Part shown: piece by piece, positions 61,901 to 64,000 of the stretch | How positions within the stretch are numbered: position 1 is the stretch's first letter | Layout: the number at the start of each line of letters is the position of its first letter | Assembly (NCBI GenBank): GCA_038215035.1 | Contig: JBBQRH010000014.1 | Coordinates: 2,312 to 66,311 of the forward strand | Length of the DNA: 64,000 nt | Reading direction: 5' to 3' | DNA from: Gemmatimonadales bacterium | GTDB lineage: Bacteria > Gemmatimonadota > Gemmatimonadetes > Gemmatimonadales > Gemmatimonadaceae | Notes under the pieces: generated by a model | Database searches by the model: none | Told to the model about the DNA's origin: nothing | Seen by the model: only the letters and a program-made list of their open reading frames with translations | Program-made: the position numbers and the translations under genes

Positions 61901-62333
61901 CAACAGCATGTGGCTGCGCGGTTACGACCGCGTGAATGCGCTGAACAACTTCGGCTGCCAGCCGTCGATCGGCGCCTCGGCTGGGTGCAGCAACACGGAG
62001 CTGCTCGGGTCACGGGCGTTCGTCGCCTCGGCCGAGTTGCGCTTTCCGCTGATCCGTCGCTTCGAGCTTGGGGTGCTGCCGGTGCAGCTGCCGCCGGTGG
62101 ACGGTGCGGTGTTCTACGATGCCGGCATGGCGTGGAGCGCTGGTCAGACGCCGTCGCTCAGGCGTCCGGCCGGCTTCGATCCGAACTCGCAGCGTGCCCT
62201 GTTGCGCAGCTATGGCTACTCGCTCCGCCTCAACCTGTTCAACTTCGCGCTGTTGCGGTGGGACTACGCGATCCCGCTCGATCGGCCTGGACGGCAGGGC
62301 TTCTGGCAGTGGTCGCTGGGCACGTCGTACTGA
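58962..62333 (+). CDS. Large outer-membrane protein: N-terminal HEXXH metallopeptidase-like domain, TolB/PD40 beta-propeller repeats, Pro-rich linker, C-terminal OMP (Omp85-like) barrel
   Basis: Signal peptide MRIRQILLVAITMTLTLAPAVGAQG (ATG 58962). LAHEMVHQF (59370-59384) plus EGMAEY. PD40-like SPDGKDVAYV, FTPDGRHIVFSAN, VSPDGRTIAFSSDR, WAPDGKSIAYITDRNG. C-terminus ...LLRWDYAIPL...FWQWSLGTSY. Confidence 0.75.
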   Translation: MRIRQILLVAITMTLTLAPAVGAQGYFGQNQVQYNKFQWRVLETEHFRIHYYKEEKAAVEDAARMAERSYARLSRILGHEFRERKPIVIFASRTDFAQNNIFGDLGEGTGGVTDAMRQRNVLPLTGDYRTFEHVLAHEMVHQFQYDVFSRGRAGANLQALQAVNPPLWLMEGMAEYLSLGTDHKFTDMWLRDAAMNGDIPSIEQMTLYPDRFFPYRFGESLMRYIGERWGDQVIGQILEAVPNVGVERAFRRELGLSLEELSDDWKDALQKQYLPTIVNLDRPRRFAESLLSGKKSGGDIFLAPSLSDDGNNIVFLSNGSFLRGEVFIDLWLANARTGKRIRRLVESTNNPNAEELRLLYSQSSFSPDGKDVAYVGQRRGKDVLFVTRTRGGNTRRIDLPVDGVLSPVFTPDGRHIVFSANKGGVTDLAIVAVDGTGFRKLTNDLHGDYMPNVSPDGRTIAFSSDRGAETDFELLRFSRWKISLYDLATGAITVLPNQPGLSINPQWAPDGKSIAYITDRNGVPNVFLYDFTNREHYQLTNVAGGVSGITEFSPALTWARTADRLAFVHFERKGEYTVWTVDNPRSLKKEPYRAPVTAPATMVATNNNGITLTPSAPAVPGIVAVQPTVPSRPADVVIPGATRPGGEPAPRAPVPGTVARQPGNGPVPTVALAPPRFPSRSVYRGSEGTRRSDSLPARLERDSTLASVDQLLDSADLALPDPTRFRDGPYKVAFEADYVARPSIGYAQDNFGRGLFGGTTVMLSDLLGNNRLAFTAQVNGRVQDAILYAGYTNLAGKLQYNAAVSQFPFFFFNGQDVAQVSPGVFQENQSLARFVLRDVGITSLLPKNRFKRFELGLGMQNIGRSNVILARQFNSFGESSLFRRVADENLGTLWLLQPKLAFVSDNTLNGYTSPIMGRRMRLAYEPTIGSRQWQELAADYRRYDPILFNFLTVATRFTGVARVGRDESFFPNYIGNPNNFNSMWLRGYDRVNALNNFGCQPSIGASAGCSNTELLGSRAFVASAELRFPLIRRFELGVLPVQLPPVDGAVFYDAGMAWSAGQTPSLRRPAGFDPNSQRALLRSYGYSLRLNLFNFALLRWDYAIPLDRPGRQGFWQWSLGTSY

Positions 62334-62393
62334 CGTCACCGCTGATGTCGTGCTGACGCCGCGCCTTCAGGACCCACTGTGTGAGCAATGATC

Positions 62394-62430
62394 CGACGGG
62401 CGCCTGCGAAAGTGGGCGCCCGTCGCTTTG
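62394..62430 (+). terminator. Rho-independent terminator after the outer-membrane protein gene
   Basis: cgacgggcgcc / ggcgcccgtcg, an 11-bp perfect stem with a 10-nt loop, followed by ctttg. Confidence 0.6.
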
Positions 62431-62473
62431 CAAGCCGTGTTCCCCCCGCCGGGTCAGGGCTAGGTTATGCTCA

Positions 62474-64000
62474 GTGCGGACTCCCCTGCCTGCCCGTTCC
62501 CTCACCCTCGCCATCGCCCTGGCGCTCGCAGCCTGCAGCTCCGCCGACGATCGCGGAGCGCCGGTCAGCGGTGCCGCGGCGCTCGGTCCCGACGTCATCG
62601 TGCTGCGCGTGCCGGCGACGGGCGGTCCCGCACGCGCGTATCGCTACCCCGCCCTCGACACGCTGATCTGGAGCACTCGCGCCGCGTTGCCGGCACAGAT
62701 CGAAGCGCTGGGCTTCAGCATCGACGGCGGGACCTGGGCACTGCGCGACAGCGCTGGCATCGCCTGGCGTCTGACGCTGGGCAGCGGGCTGCTGGAGCGG
62801 GCCTTTCAGCGCCCCCTGGGGTCGGCCGTCAGCGTGGACGGCAGCACCATCTACGGCACCAGTGAGAATGCCGTGCTGCGCCTCACCACGACCGAGCGCG
62901 CGCCGTGGACGACGCGCACGGCGGGCCAACAGAGCCAGCTCCAGCCGCTGCGCGACGGAGGGGTGCTGCTGATCGGGCAGCGGACTCCGGAGACGGTACT
63001 CACGCGATTTCGCCCGCCGGCCACCACCGCGGTCGACAGCGCCGTGCTGCCCGGCGCCTCGCGGCTGATCTCTGCCGCGGGTGGTGATCGCTACTATCTG
63101 AGTGACGGGCCGCGGGGCCTCGTCAGCGTGCGCGCGCGCGACCTCGAGACGCTCGGCCGCATCGCCCTCGGCGATTCGCTGATCGCCACCACGTCGTCGC
63201 CGAGCGGTGACCGGGTTTACGTGCTTGGCCGCGACGGGGACGTGGCGCGGGTGCAGGTGATCAACAAGTACGCCAACGAGATCGTGGCGAAGATCGTGGT
63301 CCCGGCCGACGCCAGCGCCCTGCGGATGGACCCGCTGGGCCGGTACCTGCTGGTGCGGCATGGCGGCGACGCCGACTCGGTGGTGGTGATCGGTATCGCC
63401 ACCGACGCGGTGCTGGGCCGGATCGTGTCGCCATGGCGGGCCGACCTGCCGCTGGTATTCCCCGACGGTCGCCTCGCCACACTGCGTGGCGACGACGTCG
63501 TGATCCTGTCGGCCGACACCTTTCAGGCGGCCGTGATCGTGACCGGGGGCGCTGGCGACATCTGGACCGTGGTCCAGTGGAACGGCTTCCGTCGCCGGAG
63601 CGGTGACTCACCACTGCGCGCCACGGCCACACGGGTGGATACCATGCCGCAACGTGCCGTCGATACCACCGCGCGGAGTGCGCCACCGGCCACGCCGCCG
63701 CTCGACAGTAGCCTCACGCCGCCACCGGTCGATACGGTGCGCAGCCGCATGGCGCGTCTCGATTCGGCACGCCGCAGCGGCGCACGCGTGGACAGCATCC
63801 GGCGCTCGCCCCTGCGCGCCGACAGTGCCCGCCGCGCACCGCTCCGCCCCGATACCCAGTTCAGACCGCGTCCAGCGCCCGCGCCTGCCGCGCCCAGTGC
63901 GCCCCCGGCGACGAGCGCGCTCGGTGAGCGCGGCAGCTTCGTGGTCCAATTCGCCGCGATGAAGGCCGAGCAACCAGCGCGGCGGCTGGCGTCGTCGATC
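62474..64000 (+). CDS. Lipoprotein with a C-terminal SPOR (peptidoglycan-binding) domain; 3' end cut by the window; not in the ORF track
   Basis: GTG 62474 opens a frame with no stop to nt 64000 and strong GC3 bias. N-terminus VRTPLPARSLTLAIALALAACSS (lipobox). Pro/Arg-rich linker, then GSFVVQFAAMKAEQPARRLA, typical of the first SPOR strand and helix. The listed antisense ORF 62471-63361 looks like a shadow. Confidence 0.65.
   Translation, partial: MRTPLPARSLTLAIALALAACSSADDRGAPVSGAAALGPDVIVLRVPATGGPARAYRYPALDTLIWSTRAALPAQIEALGFSIDGGTWALRDSAGIAWRLTLGSGLLERAFQRPLGSAVSVDGSTIYGTSENAVLRLTTTERAPWTTRTAGQQSQLQPLRDGGVLLIGQRTPETVLTRFRPPATTAVDSAVLPGASRLISAAGGDRYYLSDGPRGLVSVRARDLETLGRIALGDSLIATTSSPSGDRVYVLGRDGDVARVQVINKYANEIVAKIVVPADASALRMDPLGRYLLVRHGGDADSVVVIGIATDAVLGRIVSPWRADLPLVFPDGRLATLRGDDVVILSADTFQAAVIVTGGAGDIWTVVQWNGFRRRSGDSPLRATATRVDTMPQRAVDTTARSAPPATPPLDSSLTPPPVDTVRSRMARLDSARRSGARVDSIRRSPLRADSARRAPLRPDTQFRPRPAPAPAAPSAPPATSALGERGSFVVQFAAMKAEQPARRLASSI

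Noticed and set aside
62471-63361. 296-aa minus-strand ORF, the only long ORF listed for this region.
   Set aside because: The opposite strand carries an open frame with a lipobox, strong GC3 bias and a SPOR-like C-terminus. The minus-frame translation is Arg/Gly/His-rich and featureless.

Overview
GC-rich, densely coding chromosomal segment from a diderm bacterium, with about 50 CDS and 2 tRNAs. My impression is Gemmatimonadota- or Acidobacteria-like, but I cannot verify that. All calls come from reading the supplied translations and the DNA by eye; no searches were run. The ORF track translates GTG starts as M and omits ORFs that run off the window, and several starts were adjusted accordingly.

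Layout:
- 1-11.8 kb: the right end of a hybrid NRPS/PKS biosynthetic locus. It holds a terminal NRPS module (C-A-PCP) whose glycine-type adenylation domain is interrupted twice, by a luciferase-like monooxygenase and by a SAM methyltransferase. It converges on a KS-AT-KR-DH-CP-TE type I PKS.
- 12-14.4 kb: tRNA-Ser(GCU), gltX, and a LexA-like repressor whose autocleavage residues all appear substituted.
- 14.4-28.1 kb: a long minus-strand array with 1-4 nt gene overlaps. Genes in transcription order: rsmI, DUF4159-like, a 1147-aa Q-rich coiled-coil membrane protein, a TPR-like protein, a secreted protein, FabZ-like, a RadC/JAB-DinG helicase fusion, an FAH hydrolase, an aminotransferase and a membrane protein.
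- 28-40.6 kb: housekeeping genes (trxA, mce-like, pdxJ, ispE, tRNA-Gln, prs, rplY, pth, ychF, an M20 peptidase).
- 40.6-48.8 kb: a divergent D-amino-acid / D-Ala-D-Ala salvage locus. One arm holds a serine DD-peptidase::VanX fusion, GntR and a D-aminoacylase-like gene. The other holds GNAT, an N-succinylamino acid racemase and an M20D hydrolase.
- 48.9-55.9 kb: signalling and miscellaneous genes (GGDEF, NPP, LytS/LytTR, amidohydrolase, quinone oxidoreductase).
- 56-58.9 kb: rpsF-rpsR-membrane protein-rplI, then rsfS.
- 59-64 kb: a large metallopeptidase / beta-propeller / OMP-barrel protein, then a SPOR lipoprotein that runs off the window and is absent from the ORF track.

No rRNA, CRISPR array, transposase, integrase or phage genes were recognised. 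The most unusual item is the di-interrupted Gly adenylation domain at 1-5265.
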